This document shows positions 27,515 to 39,300 of a DNA stretch of 64,000 nucleotides, one piece after another. The notes below the pieces were generated by a model. It did no database searches, had not been told where the DNA came from, and saw only the letters and a list, made by a program, of their open reading frames with translations. This DNA is from a bacterium (GTDB taxonomy: Bacteria > Hinthialibacterota > Hinthialibacteria > Hinthialibacterales > Hinthialibacteraceae): the NCBI GenBank assembly GCA_963663405.2, contig CAXXSM010000122.1:89955-153954 (forward strand). Direction: 5' to 3'. A program made the translations under genes and the position numbers. The first letter of the stretch is position 1. Every line of letters starts with the position of its first letter.

Positions 27515-29845
27515 CAGACCTCCTGAGCTGGGCCGGGGGATTCCGTAGAGTTGATGATTTTGGCAAGATACCTTTTTGGGGATAAAAATGCTCGATCCGA
27601 AAAGGAGCCCGGTTGATGCCACAAGGATTCTTACCCCACTTTGCCGATGTCGAGGAAGGCTACATCACCGATGTACTCTCGTACCGGAAGCAGGACGGTT
27701 CGGTCTATTATTTTCATGGCGCCTTTCCTATTTACACGCATCCGGAAACCGATCAAAAGAGTTTCCGTTTGATTACCAGTCAGTTTGTCGTGAACGGGCA
27801 ATGCACGCAAATGGAGATTGTCCGAGCGTTTGGCGTGAGCGCGATCAGCGTGAAGCGGTGGGTCAAGAAATACCGGAAAGGCGGAGCGGCGGCGTTTTTT
27901 GAAACGCCTCGAACGCGAGGCGCGCATGTCTTGACAAAAGACGTCCTCCAGCAAGCGCAAGAGTTCTTGAACGAGGGGCTCTCTCGAGCGGAGATCGCCG
28001 ATCAGTTGGGCCTTAAGCGGAATACGTTGAATAAGGCGATCCAAGCCGGCCGCCTGGTGGAGCCGCTAAAAAAAACGATGCCGGAGGCCGCCCGAAAAGC
28101 GAGCGAAGCGTAGAAGACAGCCAAGCGGCGATGGGGATGGGCTGTACGCGAATGGTGGAGCGGGTCTGCGCGGCGACCGGGCAGTTGGAGGAAGCCCCGA
28201 CTCGTTTCGAGACGGAATTGGATGTGGCGCAAGGCGGCGTGTTATGGGCGATGCCCGCGTTACTCGCCAACGGGCTGCTGAAGAATGTCTCGAAGAACTT
28301 TTCTCTCCCCAAAGGATTTTACAGTTGCGTCCACATTTTTATTGTGTTGGCTTTCATGGCGTTGACGCGGATCAAAACGCCGGAACAGTTGCGCTATCAT
28401 CCCGCGGGGGAAGGGGGCAAGTTACTGGGCTTAGATCGAATTCCCGAAGTGCGGACCCTGCGGGAAAAAATCAAAATTCTCGCCCAACCAGACCAGATCA
28501 AAGAATGGGGGGACGAATTGTCCCGGGAGTGGATGGAGGCGGATCCGGACGCGGCGGGCGTTTTATATGTCGATGGTCATGTCCGCGTCTATCACGGTTC
28601 GCAAACGAAACTGCCCCGCCGCTATGTCGCGCGTCAACGATTATGTTTGCGTGGACTCACCGACTATTGGGTGAACGACGGCGAAGGCCGCCCCTTCTTT
28701 GTGGTGAGCACTCCATTCACCACCGGCTTGTTGGATCGGCTCAAACAAGACATTGTTCCACAGTTGCTAAAAGATGTTCCCCATCAACCCACGGCCGAAA
28801 ACCTTGAATCCAATCCCTATCTCCACCGGTTCGTCCTGGTGTTCGACCGGGAAGGCTATAGCCCCGGATTCTTCGCTCAGATGTGGGATTCGCGGATCGC
28901 GTGTCAAACGTACCGCAAGTTTCAGGGAGAAGATTGGCCAGTTTCAGAATTCGAGACAGTGAATGTGCGTCTGCCTGGTGGGCATGAATCGCCGATGCGC
29001 TTGGCCGAGAGAGGCGTCTTTCTGGGAGGAAAAATCTGGGTGCGGGAGATTCGCAAGTTGGGGGATACAGGGCATCAAACCGCTGTGATCAGTACGGATT
29101 ATACATCGGATGCGAGTCAACTGGCGGCGCATATGTTCGCGCGTTGGTGTCAGGAAAACTTCTTTCGGTACATGATGGAACACTTTCATTTAGATGGACT
29201 TATCGGGTATGAAACGGTCTTGCCGGATGAGACGGTGAAAGTGGTGAATCCGGCCTATCGGAAATTGGAAAGTCAGATCAAAAGCCTGGCGGGGAAAAAG
29301 ACTCGAAAGCAAGCGGAATTCGGCGCCCTTGTCCTAAAGGAATCCTCCGATCCGAAAGAGATCGAATGCTATGAAATCCAGAAAGGCGCCCTCCTTGAAG
29401 AGATCGGAGGGATGGAGAAACAACTCGATGAGTTCAAGCGGAGCCGGAAGCAAACGAAAAAGCATATCGCGTTTGTGGACTTGCCAGAGGAGGCAAAATT
29501 TCACCAATTGGCTCCAGCGAAGAAACAATTCATGGATACGATTCGAATGATTGCGTATCGGGCGGAAACGGCGATGGTGGCAATCCTGCGGGAGGTGCTG
29601 AGCCGGGGAGACGATGCGCGTTCGTTGGCGCGGGAAATCATGACCACCGAGGCGGATCTGATTCCCGATGAAGAAAAAGAGATTCTCACGGTTCGGCTCC
29701 ATCACTTGACCAACCGCCTTTCCGATCAAGCCGCCCGTCATTTGGCCGCTCAATTGAATGAAACCGAAACCATTTATCCTGGCACGAATCTACGTCTCGT
29801 TTACCAATTGGTGTCAGATCAATATCCCCCAGATCAGGAGGTCTG
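27515..29845 (+). mobile_element. Insertion sequence, 2331 bp, family not assigned
   Basis: IRs CAGACCTCCTGAGCTGGG / CCCAGATCAGGAGGTCTG (17/18 match); 5-bp TSD AATAT at 27510-27514 and 29846-29850. Confidence 0.9.
27613..28113 (+). CDS. IS OrfA, HTH DNA-binding domains
   Basis: QMEIVRAFGVSAISVKRW and SRAEIADQLGLKRNTLNK HTHs; A8C run at 28068-28076. Confidence 0.8.
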   Translation: MMPQGFLPHFADVEEGYITDVLSYRKQDGSVYYFHGAFPIYTHPETDQKSFRLITSQFVVNGQCTQMEIVRAFGVSAISVKRWVKKYRKGGAAAFFETPRTRGAHVLTKDVLQQAQEFLNEGLSRAEIADQLGLKRNTLNKAIQAGRLVEPLKKTMPEAARKASEA

Positions 29846-29846
29846 A
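28131..29846 (+). CDS. IS OrfB, DDE transposase
   Basis: LYVDGH, LVFDREG, RWCQENFFRY DDE triad; lies in the -1 frame of OrfA. Confidence 0.85.
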   Translation: MGMGCTRMVERVCAATGQLEEAPTRFETELDVAQGGVLWAMPALLANGLLKNVSKNFSLPKGFYSCVHIFIVLAFMALTRIKTPEQLRYHPAGEGGKLLGLDRIPEVRTLREKIKILAQPDQIKEWGDELSREWMEADPDAAGVLYVDGHVRVYHGSQTKLPRRYVARQRLCLRGLTDYWVNDGEGRPFFVVSTPFTTGLLDRLKQDIVPQLLKDVPHQPTAENLESNPYLHRFVLVFDREGYSPGFFAQMWDSRIACQTYRKFQGEDWPVSEFETVNVRLPGGHESPMRLAERGVFLGGKIWVREIRKLGDTGHQTAVISTDYTSDASQLAAHMFARWCQENFFRYMMEHFHLDGLIGYETVLPDETVKVVNPAYRKLESQIKSLAGKKTRKQAEFGALVLKESSDPKEIECYEIQKGALLEEIGGMEKQLDEFKRSRKQTKKHIAFVDLPEEAKFHQLAPAKKQFMDTIRMIAYRAETAMVAILREVLSRGDDARSLAREIMTTEADLIPDEEKEILTVRLHHLTNRLSDQAARHLAAQLNETETIYPGTNLRLVYQLVSDQYPPDQEV

Positions 29847-29951
29847 ATATAGCGGAGCAAGTGACTGCAGGAAATCTACGCATGAAAATCAGGACGGAGA
29901 CACGAGCGGATGAAATGGGAAATAATTACGGTCAATAAAGTTGTGTTGTGA

Positions 29952-31035
29952 TTATTTCTGATTTAGTTTCAAGAGACCAAGTCGATAGGGTAAAAGTTCG
30001 TATCTACCTCCAGATGATGGATCACGTCCCTGAAAAAGAAGTTGTAGGTTGTTGGGATCAATTGTCATCGTTTCATCGTATCCATCGCGGAGTAATTCTC
30101 CATGACTGATGTCCTTGGTCCATGCTTCAACTCCTTCTGCAAAGGAGACATTGTTGATTCCGGCAAACGGTGTATCCCATGTGTTAGCGTTGGTTACTTC
30201 CGTCCAATTTCCATTTAGGTGATCAGCAATCCAGGCACGGTAATAGCGGGCAGGACCAATCGCTTCGACAAGTGTTATATATTTATCAATGCCTTTGATC
30301 TTATAAGTCATGCTGCCTTCAAAAACATCAAATCGTCTTCCTTCGATAATCACTTCCGGTTCACTCATTCCTTTGGGGAAATCCTCGATCTTAGTCCGGC
30401 TACGATATGTACGCCCGTTATCACCAGTGAAAAACAGGTAGGCATGTGTGTCGTCACAAATCACCCAATAGTCAATCCATAAGCGTGGAGCGGTGTCAGG
30501 TTTTGAATCAAAAAAGTCTTGCGGCTTGGTCCAGGTTTCCGGTTTGGAAAGATCATCCGTTGTACAATACTGAGGTTGTTGAGATTGAAAAATTAAATAC
30601 CATTTCTTGTGTGGACGGAAATAGAATAAATTTGGAGCACAATGATATCCGGTTAAATTTGGATTTTGATCGACAAAATGCAATTTGGCATTGGGCGCAT
30701 CAGACCAGTCTTTAAAATTCAGGTACACCATATTCCAGGTTCTGGCGGATGTTGAATAGATCGTGGCATAGATGTGCCATAGATCATTGTAACGAACCAC
30801 TGTAGGATCTTTAAACCGATACTATGCTATGGGTTTCGTCTGAGACAGGCTTTACCAGGATATCCGAAGATGTCCATTTTAATGGTGTGTCAAATGGCGC
30901 TTCGATGGTAGTTTTACTCTCTGTTACGGGAGTGTCAGTTTGGTTTTGTGATGCTGAATCTGAAATAAAGGTAAAAAGAACACAGCATACGAACGCCATT
31001 GAGACAGCAAAATGAGTAATTTTAGATTTTTTCAT
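29952..31035 (-). CDS. GH62 alpha-L-arabinofuranosidase (frameshift near 30811)
   Basis: SV/KDPTVVRYN, WIDYWVICD, FEGS, DISHGELLR; signal peptide in upstream fragment. Confidence 0.88.
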
Positions 31036-31083
31036 TAGTAGACCTTTCAAAAATATATTAATCTATTTAAGAATTCATTTCGG

Positions 31084-33882
31084 TTATTGACTTCTAATCG
31101 TTAATTGTGTTTTTTGCAATTCTGGAGATTCTGCTGTTATAGTTATCAATCCTGTCTTCCCTGTCATTGAGCGGACAATCACTAAAGCCAATCCGTTAAA
31201 AGCATTTCGTTCGCAAGACACAAAAGGCGTGAAGTCTGTGGGATCGCCATTATCTGTAGCGACAATCTCGCCAGGCCCTTCTAGTGTAAATTTGATAAGG
31301 TTGTCTCCAATAGGCACTGTCAATCCATCTGTATCGGTCACTTTCACTGTAATAAACACCAAATCATATCCATCAGACTGAATAACCGTACGATCCGCTT
31401 CAGTTTCTAGCCTTGCTGGTTTGCCCGTTGTACGAACTTCATCTTCAGCCCAAGGTTTTCCGTCTTTATATGCCACCGCTTTAAGCAGTCCAGGTTCATA
31501 TACCACATCATCCCAGCGTAAGCGATATTCATAAGAGCCTTTTTTCTTGCGTCCAAGCGATTTGTCGTTGAGGAAGAGTTCTACTACATCTCCAGATGTA
31601 AAGACATGAACAGGCGTAACTTGTCCAATCCGATCCGGCCAATTCCAATGCGGTAGGATATGAATCATGGGCAGATCAGGTCGCCAACGGGATTGATACA
31701 GATAAAACCGGTCTTTCTTAAAACCGGCCAGATCAATGATTCCAAAGTAAGAACTGCGGGCTCCATAATATGGAGTTGGTTCTCCGAGATAATCCCAACC
31801 GCTCCATACAAATCCCCCAGCGACATAAGGATGTCGATCCAGAGATGAAAATACTTTGTCCGTTGAAGAACCAAACGGAGTCGTATACAACTCATAGGAA
31901 CTGACGTACTGTTTTTGGGGATCGCCGCCCTGTCCATCTTTGATAGGAGCGCTGATCCCATCAAAAACCGGGAAAAGGTATGTTCCACGGGAGCTAACTG
32001 CGGCGGCGTTCTCGCTGCTAACGATTACTTTATTGGGGAATGTTTCATGAAAGGCCGGATAAAGTGGTGGAGTATTTATTCCTCTGAGACCTTTATAAGC
32101 AGGAGCGTTACGAATTCCTTCTCCCTGGTAATTCAGGCTTATAAGATCCATCGTGCCCGGCATGGGCATATCAGGTTTCGCAAAATTCATCGAAGCGGTT
32201 GAAGGACGTGTGGGATCTTCTTCATAAGCGATATCCCGCAAACGTTTCGAAACCGCAGCGCCTTCTTCGCCTGTATATTGCTCGCCGACTTCATTCCCAA
32301 CACTCCAGGCGATCACGGAGGGACAATTTCTATCCCGTCGAATAAAGGAACGCAAATCCTGTTCATGCCAATCAGGAAAAAAGAGATGAGAATCAAGAGG
32401 AGTTTTCTTCCGCTCCCATACGTCAAAGATCTCATCAATGACAAGAAATCCCATTCGATCGGTTAATTCAAGCAATTCAGGCGCAGGAGGATTATGAGCT
32501 GTTCTTATGGCGTTGCATCCCATTTCACGCAATATCTCAAGTTGACGTTCTGCTGCACGAGTATTAAACGCAGCGCCCAAGGCGCCGAGATCATGGTGCT
32601 GGTTTACTCCGTTGATAAAAATGCGCTCGCCATTGACGTGAATCCCTTCATTCGGATCGAAATGTAATGTGCGAATTCCGAACCGCGTCTCATATTGATC
32701 CAAGATTGCATCGTCTTGCTTTATGGTCGTAACCGCCATATAGAGATTTGGCTTTTGCGTTGGAGGTGGTCCCCACAGGCGTGGATTTTCGAGAACAACG
32801 GTCCCTATTACTTTTGCTCTTTTTTTGGTATGTATATTAATATTAGGAGAAACAAAACGAGCGACAGGATTCCCGATTTTATTTCCATCTAAATCCATGA
32901 TAATAATATCGGTTGTTGTATTTACAGTCGTATTGTTTTCTGAATCATTTTCAATTGAAATTTCCAGGTCGATTACAGCGGATTTCTTGGTTACATTGCT
33001 TGTTGTTATATAAGTTCCCCATTGGGCAATATGGATCGGATTGGTTTTAGTCAACCAGACATTGCGATAGATCCCTCCACCTGGATACCATCGTGAAGAA
33101 TCGGGAGGATTATCCAAACGGATTGCCAACTGGTTTTCACCACCGGGTTTGACATAAGGCGTTAAATCAACTCTCCAAGAAGCGTATCCATAAGGCCATC
33201 CGCCTACCAAATAACCGTTGAACCATACCATGGCATAGGACATGGCTCCATCAACTTCAAGAATGATGGATTTTCCCTTATCCGATGCGGGAATATCCAG
33301 TTTTTTCCGGCACCAAGCGACGCCTGGGCTAGGCAGCCGTCCCATACCGCCCCCGACAGGAACTCTCCAGCCTTCATAAAAAGGGCCTTTGATCGCCCAG
33401 TCATGCGGCAAGTCAACATCTTCCCATGAAGAATCATCAAAATCAAGTTGAACAAATGGAAAATCATAGCCTGGATTTCCTTCAGGACGGTTATGACGCT
33501 TATTGGGATCAGCAATATACTTATTCCCAGTAGGCAGAATCCAAGGCTTAAGCGTCTTTTTGGTTACTTCTACTTTAACTGTGTCGGTTGGTTCTGTATC
33601 CGCGTCACGATCGTCTCTAAAATTCCCAACTTTCGGGCGCTCATCATAAATTAAATCATCCGCATCGGTTATCGATTGGTATTTGAAAAAGCGCCAGTCT
33701 TCATTGATGGAAATGCGCTGCCGAGGAATATTTCCTTTCTCCGAGTCCTTTATTTGAGCCATCGTTTGCAGACAAAACAGTACAACGAGTAAAACCGTTG
33801 ATACGATCGAAATCAGTATTGGCGTATTAATTCGGCGTTTTATAAAGAATCGTCTCACCGCTCTATCTCTCCTTCCTTGCAT
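31084..33882 (-). CDS. GH2 beta-galactosidase-like glycoside hydrolase
   Basis: LPHDW, SRWYPGGGIYRNV, GVNQHHDLGALG, NAIRTAHNP, WSVGNE, DYLGEPTPY. Confidence 0.93.
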   Translation of the reverse strand: MQGRRDRAVRRFFIKRRINTPILISIVSTVLLVVLFCLQTMAQIKDSEKGNIPRQRISINEDWRFFKYQSITDADDLIYDERPKVGNFRDDRDADTEPTDTVKVEVTKKTLKPWILPTGNKYIADPNKRHNRPEGNPGYDFPFVQLDFDDSSWEDVDLPHDWAIKGPFYEGWRVPVGGGMGRLPSPGVAWCRKKLDIPASDKGKSIILEVDGAMSYAMVWFNGYLVGGWPYGYASWRVDLTPYVKPGGENQLAIRLDNPPDSSRWYPGGGIYRNVWLTKTNPIHIAQWGTYITTSNVTKKSAVIDLEISIENDSENNTTVNTTTDIIIMDLDGNKIGNPVARFVSPNINIHTKKRAKVIGTVVLENPRLWGPPPTQKPNLYMAVTTIKQDDAILDQYETRFGIRTLHFDPNEGIHVNGERIFINGVNQHHDLGALGAAFNTRAAERQLEILREMGCNAIRTAHNPPAPELLELTDRMGFLVIDEIFDVWERKKTPLDSHLFFPDWHEQDLRSFIRRDRNCPSVIAWSVGNEVGEQYTGEEGAAVSKRLRDIAYEEDPTRPSTASMNFAKPDMPMPGTMDLISLNYQGEGIRNAPAYKGLRGINTPPLYPAFHETFPNKVIVSSENAAAVSSRGTYLFPVFDGISAPIKDGQGGDPQKQYVSSYELYTTPFGSSTDKVFSSLDRHPYVAGGFVWSGWDYLGEPTPYYGARSSYFGIIDLAGFKKDRFYLYQSRWRPDLPMIHILPHWNWPDRIGQVTPVHVFTSGDVVELFLNDKSLGRKKKGSYEYRLRWDDVVYEPGLLKAVAYKDGKPWAEDEVRTTGKPARLETEADRTVIQSDGYDLVFITVKVTDTDGLTVPIGDNLIKFTLEGPGEIVATDNGDPTDFTPFVSCERNAFNGLALVIVRSMTGKTGLITITAESPELQKTQLTIRSQ

Positions 33883-33909
33883 TCCTTTAAACGATACCCA
33901 TCAGCACTG

Positions 33910-34230
33910 TCATTGAATTGCATTCAGATCACGATTCAGTATTATTGTATTCCCTGCATCAATTTGGAGGCTTTTCGTTTGTTCGTTATAACGGATATTG
34001 CACTTGTTACCGTTTTTGCTGTGGATTATGGCTTTATCCAGTTTTCTGTTTTCCCACTCCAGATCAATTTCAAATCCGCCTTTGGCGCATCAACCTTGAA
34101 TCGATCCATTGGCGAAAGCCTTCGGCAGAGCAGGAAGAAGCAAAATTTCATAGTCGTATTCTGGACGTCTTTCAAAGGGATTACTTTTATTTGTCTTCGA
34201 TTGTATAAAAAATATATTCTCATTCAAGAT
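33910..34230 (-). pseudogene. GH95 alpha-fucosidase C-terminal remnant
   Basis: [36 protein letters not shown]...CNIRY. Confidence 0.7.
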
Positions 34231-34279
34231 TTTTGAGGGTAAATGAGCTCGAATCGAGAATCATCATTGGAGGAAACAA

Positions 34280-36295
34280 ATGGAACGTTATACGATTTTA
34301 CTTCTCTTAGTCTTTTTGGTATCAACGAGTGTCTCCGCTCAGACGATCCCATACGAGTATGTCACTGAATTTTCCACCCCAACCAACCTCGGCCAACCAA
34401 TCGCGATTGCGATTGACGCCAATGGAGGAGTGTATTACACGCTCCTTGCCGCATCAGAAGCCAATACCACAGGCTGTTTTTATGTCGCCAATCCACTCCA
34501 AGCTCCCGCTCCAGACAGCCATATCCTAATCGATGATGGCCTTATTGTAGATGTCCCCACTGGCCGTGGAATCGTCGGGATTGATGTTGATCAAGCCGGC
34601 AATGTCTATCTTGCCATGGACTCTGGAACCAACAACACATCATCTATCACCAAACGTGGTCCCGCGCCGGATTTCGCCTATATTGACGAGTTTGGAGGAT
34701 TCGCAATGGTCTTCGGTCAACGCTATAACGGGGTCGCGGTTCTTACCAACAATCTCATCGCCGTTACCACCTTTTCGACCGTTCAATTTTTAGACGCGAT
34801 CACTGGCGAAATACTGTACGAAGTCACTGGTGGTGAAAACTATCAGCGGGATATCGCGTACAATCCCACCACCCATGACTTGTATATCGCCAAGAATGGG
34901 AACGATTCAAACCGTTCCGCAAGCCTCCTTTCTGGAGGTACGCCCGACAATCTTCAAGGATACACCGAAATACAATCAGGATTCATCCCACAAGGAGGCG
35001 TTGGAGGAACGTATGGAATCAAAAACCAACTACTAAGCTACGATCATGTCAATGACCTGATTTTCATTTCTGACGCCAGTACTTCTCCATCAACGATCGC
35101 GGTTTACCGCCCTTCCGACACAAGTACGCCTGCCGCCAATCTTCATGGCTATCAATCACCGAATGGGCCTTTATTTTTACCGGCGGACGCCGCGGCATGG
35201 ACCGATGAAAATGGAGAAACCTATGTGTTCGTAACGGATAGTTCCGCTTATCGAATCATGGTATTCAAAATGGGTGGAGAAGGTGAAAGTCCAGAAGATA
35301 GCGGTTCAGATGTAGAGCCTCATCATCCCTTCGCATATATAACCGATTTCGAAACCATTCCCGACACCGGCGCCCCTATGGCCCTGGCGGTTGACGCTGA
35401 TGGCGGACTCTACTACACGCTCTTTTCTACTCCACAGCCCAACACGACAGGGTGTTATTACATAGCGGATCCCCTAAACGCCAATGGTATTGAAAACCAT
35501 CTCCTGATCGATGACGGCGCCGACACTGACGTGCCAGCCAATCGTGGATTCATGGGCGTCACCATTGACAATGAAGGAGCCATTTATCTCACGATGGAAA
35601 CTGGGCAAGCGGCGACCTCCAATTTAAGAAAAATTCAACCCGCGCCTGATTTCGGAATTGATTCATCGTTTAGAGGCGGCGTGATCAATTATAACAAACG
35701 TATGAACGGCATTGATTTCACCGGCAATAACATGATCGCGGTGAGTACCTTCAATACGGTTGAATTTCTCTCCACAACCGATGGCGCTTCGTTGCATGAG
35801 ATTTCTGGAGGACAAACTTATCAGCGCGACCTGGCTTTCAACACCAATACTGGCGATATCTACCTGTCACGCAATAGCCAAAAACCGAACGAGCCTATCG
35901 GCAGCGTAAATTTGCTTTCCGGAGGTAATGTCGATAATCTGGATGGCTATGTTTTTCAGAACCATTTTATTCCCCAAGGCGCTGTAGGCGGAACCTACGG
36001 CGCCAATAGCCAGTTAATCGAATACGACGCGGTTAACAACCTAATCATTGTTCCAGATTACACAGGGAATCAACCATTGATGGCGTTTTACGATCCCGCT
36101 AATCCTGACGAGGCGATGGCGCTGGTCGATGGAAGCGAATCTCCCAACGGCCCCTTTGATACTCCGGCCGACGCAGTTGTATTTCATCCTTCTTCAAACG
36201 AGACCTTCGTCTTTATATCCGATATGGGCGCACGAAGGATTTACGTCTACCAGACGCGGGGTTATACAAGCGTCAACGAATGGGAATTATTTTAA
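34280..36295 (+). CDS. Secreted protein with two homologous beta-propeller-like domains and C-terminal TSVNEWELF tail
   Basis: Signal peptide; duplicated GG..YQRD.A.N, FIPQG.VGGTYG, SPNGP...PADA motifs. Confidence 0.8.
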   Translation: MERYTILLLLVFLVSTSVSAQTIPYEYVTEFSTPTNLGQPIAIAIDANGGVYYTLLAASEANTTGCFYVANPLQAPAPDSHILIDDGLIVDVPTGRGIVGIDVDQAGNVYLAMDSGTNNTSSITKRGPAPDFAYIDEFGGFAMVFGQRYNGVAVLTNNLIAVTTFSTVQFLDAITGEILYEVTGGENYQRDIAYNPTTHDLYIAKNGNDSNRSASLLSGGTPDNLQGYTEIQSGFIPQGGVGGTYGIKNQLLSYDHVNDLIFISDASTSPSTIAVYRPSDTSTPAANLHGYQSPNGPLFLPADAAAWTDENGETYVFVTDSSAYRIMVFKMGGEGESPEDSGSDVEPHHPFAYITDFETIPDTGAPMALAVDADGGLYYTLFSTPQPNTTGCYYIADPLNANGIENHLLIDDGADTDVPANRGFMGVTIDNEGAIYLTMETGQAATSNLRKIQPAPDFGIDSSFRGGVINYNKRMNGIDFTGNNMIAVSTFNTVEFLSTTDGASLHEISGGQTYQRDLAFNTNTGDIYLSRNSQKPNEPIGSVNLLSGGNVDNLDGYVFQNHFIPQGAVGGTYGANSQLIEYDAVNNLIIVPDYTGNQPLMAFYDPANPDEAMALVDGSESPNGPFDTPADAVVFHPSSNETFVFISDMGARRIYVYQTRGYTSVNEWELF

Positions 36296-36385
36296 CGATC
36301 AAAAGATAGCCAGTGTCTGTCAGGATAAGTCTCAAGCGATTATATTAATTGCTCTTTCAAAGGTTCTTAACAGGAGTTTCATTCT

Positions 36386-39300
36386 CTAATTTGTGATGGA
36401 GTAATTTAGTGTTCCGCTGGTTAAGGAGACGTTGCCGCCTTCGAATCGGAGCGCGATGACTTTAAATCGGTAGGAATGACCATCTTGCGGACCTGCGATG
36501 AAATCCTCCGCGGTGAGGAAATCCTGCTTGGCATTCCACCAATAGTAATTGACATCGCCCGTGAATGTTTGGCCTAAGAATTGATAATCCCCGCCATCCA
36601 CACTGACTTTGACATGGTAGGTATTCACCGCGGACGCTTCCAGGCCCATATTCCATGCGATCTGCAAGGCGTTCCAGGATGAACGATCCGTGTCGGATCC
36701 AGTCTGTCCGGATGGTGCGAGATTCTCTCCACCTAAAATATCATCATAGACCGCGATAACGCCTTCAGGTAAGTACGGATTATCCGGCGCTGAGAGGGAA
36801 AGTTCGTTCCCTCCTTCAATATTGAATCCAACCGAGCCGGGGAGAGTGAAAAAGTCGTCGGGGGTGAGTTGGCCATCAATTCGCGCCACGCGGAATCGAT
36901 AGACGGAATTGAAATCGGGGCCGTTCCTGTAATCCGCCGCAAGTCCAGACGCTTGGGCGAACCAGTTTAATATTGGCGAACTGGAGCCGGTGCGGCCCAG
37001 ATATTTATACCCACCAAAACCTTTTCGCATATATACATGCCAATCCGTAGCTTCGGACGCGTCACCCGTGCAGTGGATTGTAAGATTTTGGTTGTCCAGG
37101 GAATCAAAGTCCGTCGTTCCTGTTAAATCACCCACCAATATATCAGCGTTATCAAAGACAAATACATATTGTTCTTCTCCTGGGATGGGAGTTGGTAAAG
37201 CGGGGGCTGTTGTGGGGGTGGGAGTTGGTGTTGATGTGTATTGAGTTATGTTTTCGCTGATGGCTATGGTTTCCTCCGCACCGGTCGTGCGATATCTTAC
37301 AATGCCTTCGATCGCGGCCATTGAATCACCGCCATTTAGATTGACACGGTAAGAAAGTGTTATTGGTGAGGATGGCACAACGAGCCACGTGAATTCCATT
37401 GCGCCAGACGCGCCTTGGGCTGGTGATATGGATGGATTTCCTGATAATAGAGAATCGAAGGTCCAACTTGCGGGGAGTGTTTCCTGCAGGCCAAAAGCGG
37501 TGATGCCGCCATCGTGTGTGATGTCGATCGTAATCACTGCGCTGGAACTGTCTATCGTTCTTTCTCTTACCGCTGTGATATTCGCCGCATTTGGATATAC
37601 ATCGCGTAATGAATTTCTGACGATTTTTCCACTCGTAACTGTCTTGCCTTGCGCAAATCCGTCTTCTCCAGTGGCGTCCACGTGATATCCGCCGGTGTTG
37701 TAAAACTGGATAAGCCGCAGTAATTCGGATTGGTTGATCTGCCAATCCTGTGGATTGTAATCGCTGTGATGCGCCGCGCGGGAATGATTGTCGCCTAGAC
37801 CGGGTTCGAATCCATCTTCTGTTGAAGTGGGGGTATCGGCGCAGTGGTATCCACCGGTGTTGTAGAACTGAATGACGCGCATTAATTCAGATTGTGAGAT
37901 TTCATAATTCTGATCGGTGTCCGCGTTGTGATAGCCGAATGGATCGATCTGGATTGTGAATGGAACCGATTGTTCATTCCCTTCCCGGCGGTAGATCACT
38001 TCGCCGCTTACGGTTTGCACGTCTATTGGATCGTCAGTCAGAAGGAACTCAATCGCAAATTTACTTGGCGACGAAGGAACCGCGACCCATGCGAATTCGA
38101 GCGGCGCGGCGCTTCCCGCTTCAGGAACGATGGATGGATTCCCTTGCGTTACTTGAGAGAATGTCCATTCTAATGGAGCGGAGTCGATTGACACGCCAAA
38201 CGCGGTCAACGTTCCTTCATATTGTACATTCAATTGGACCGTTACTACTCCATTGGATATCGAGCCGGTCGATTGGACAGTGAAAGCCAAATCTTCCGGT
38301 GGATTGGTTGGAATGGATGTGGGTATACTTGTTGGCGCTATGGTCGGCGCTGGTGTGTTTGTTGGCGCAACGGCCGGTGTCGGTGTATTTTCGACTAAGA
38401 GATCTTCATTGTATGGCGTTTCACTGTAATCCAGGATAATGACAGCGCCTACACTTGAATTATCCCGGCTGTCATAGATTTTTGTTAGATTACTTTCACC
38501 GGCTTTTAATTCATCGGTTGTTGGCTGCCCCCAATAATTTCCATTGGCCATGATGGGTTTAGTTCCGCTATTTTTTAAATCATAACTTGAATTGCTATAG
38601 ATATCATTGTGACCTTCATTTATATTTATAGTTTCATTACCAACAATGTCGACACTAGTTCCATTACCAGTAATAACATTATCTTTAAAATCGATTAAAT
38701 CTACGCCAATTAAATATATTCCATGATCTTCATTATCAACAAATACGCATCTTGATATATTTATTCTATATGTTTTCAATATAAATAATCCAATATTATT
38801 ATTATATATATTGCAATCGCATATATCAACACTACTTCCGTAAGAGCTATCATAACCTCTATCATTATTCATAACGATACTATCTAATATTTCAATATAT
38901 CCATAATTATATATTCCATCAGCGTTACTATCAATTTTGCATTTTCTTAAAATTATCTCTGACTTACTAGATCCTCCACTACCATTCCAGATACCATATT
39001 CACACTTAGTGAATATACACTCAATTATCTCAAAAGAGATGTTTTCATTAGATATTTGCGACTTATTAGATATTATCAACCTCATTCCAGTATTATTGTT
39101 ATAAAAAGTGCAATTTTTAATCGGATTCAATACCGTTCCGTAAATTTGACTATTACTATACATATCTAGTCCAACATCAGCATATTCAAATTCACAATAT
39201 TCAAAGTTAACACTCGTTGCGCTGACAACGACACCGTACCATTCTCCTCCTTCTGGGGATGTTTTTTTTGGAGTGAAGCGGATTGGTTTTTCTTCTGTGC

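Larger units (their letters stand above)
27449..29925 (+). pseudogene. HAMP-domain gene fragment split by the IS (27449-27514 and 29851-29925)
   Basis: With the IS removed it reads GISIVLFMNRIIADPLKEISNIAEQVTAGNLRMKIRTETRADEMG. Confidence 0.7.
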
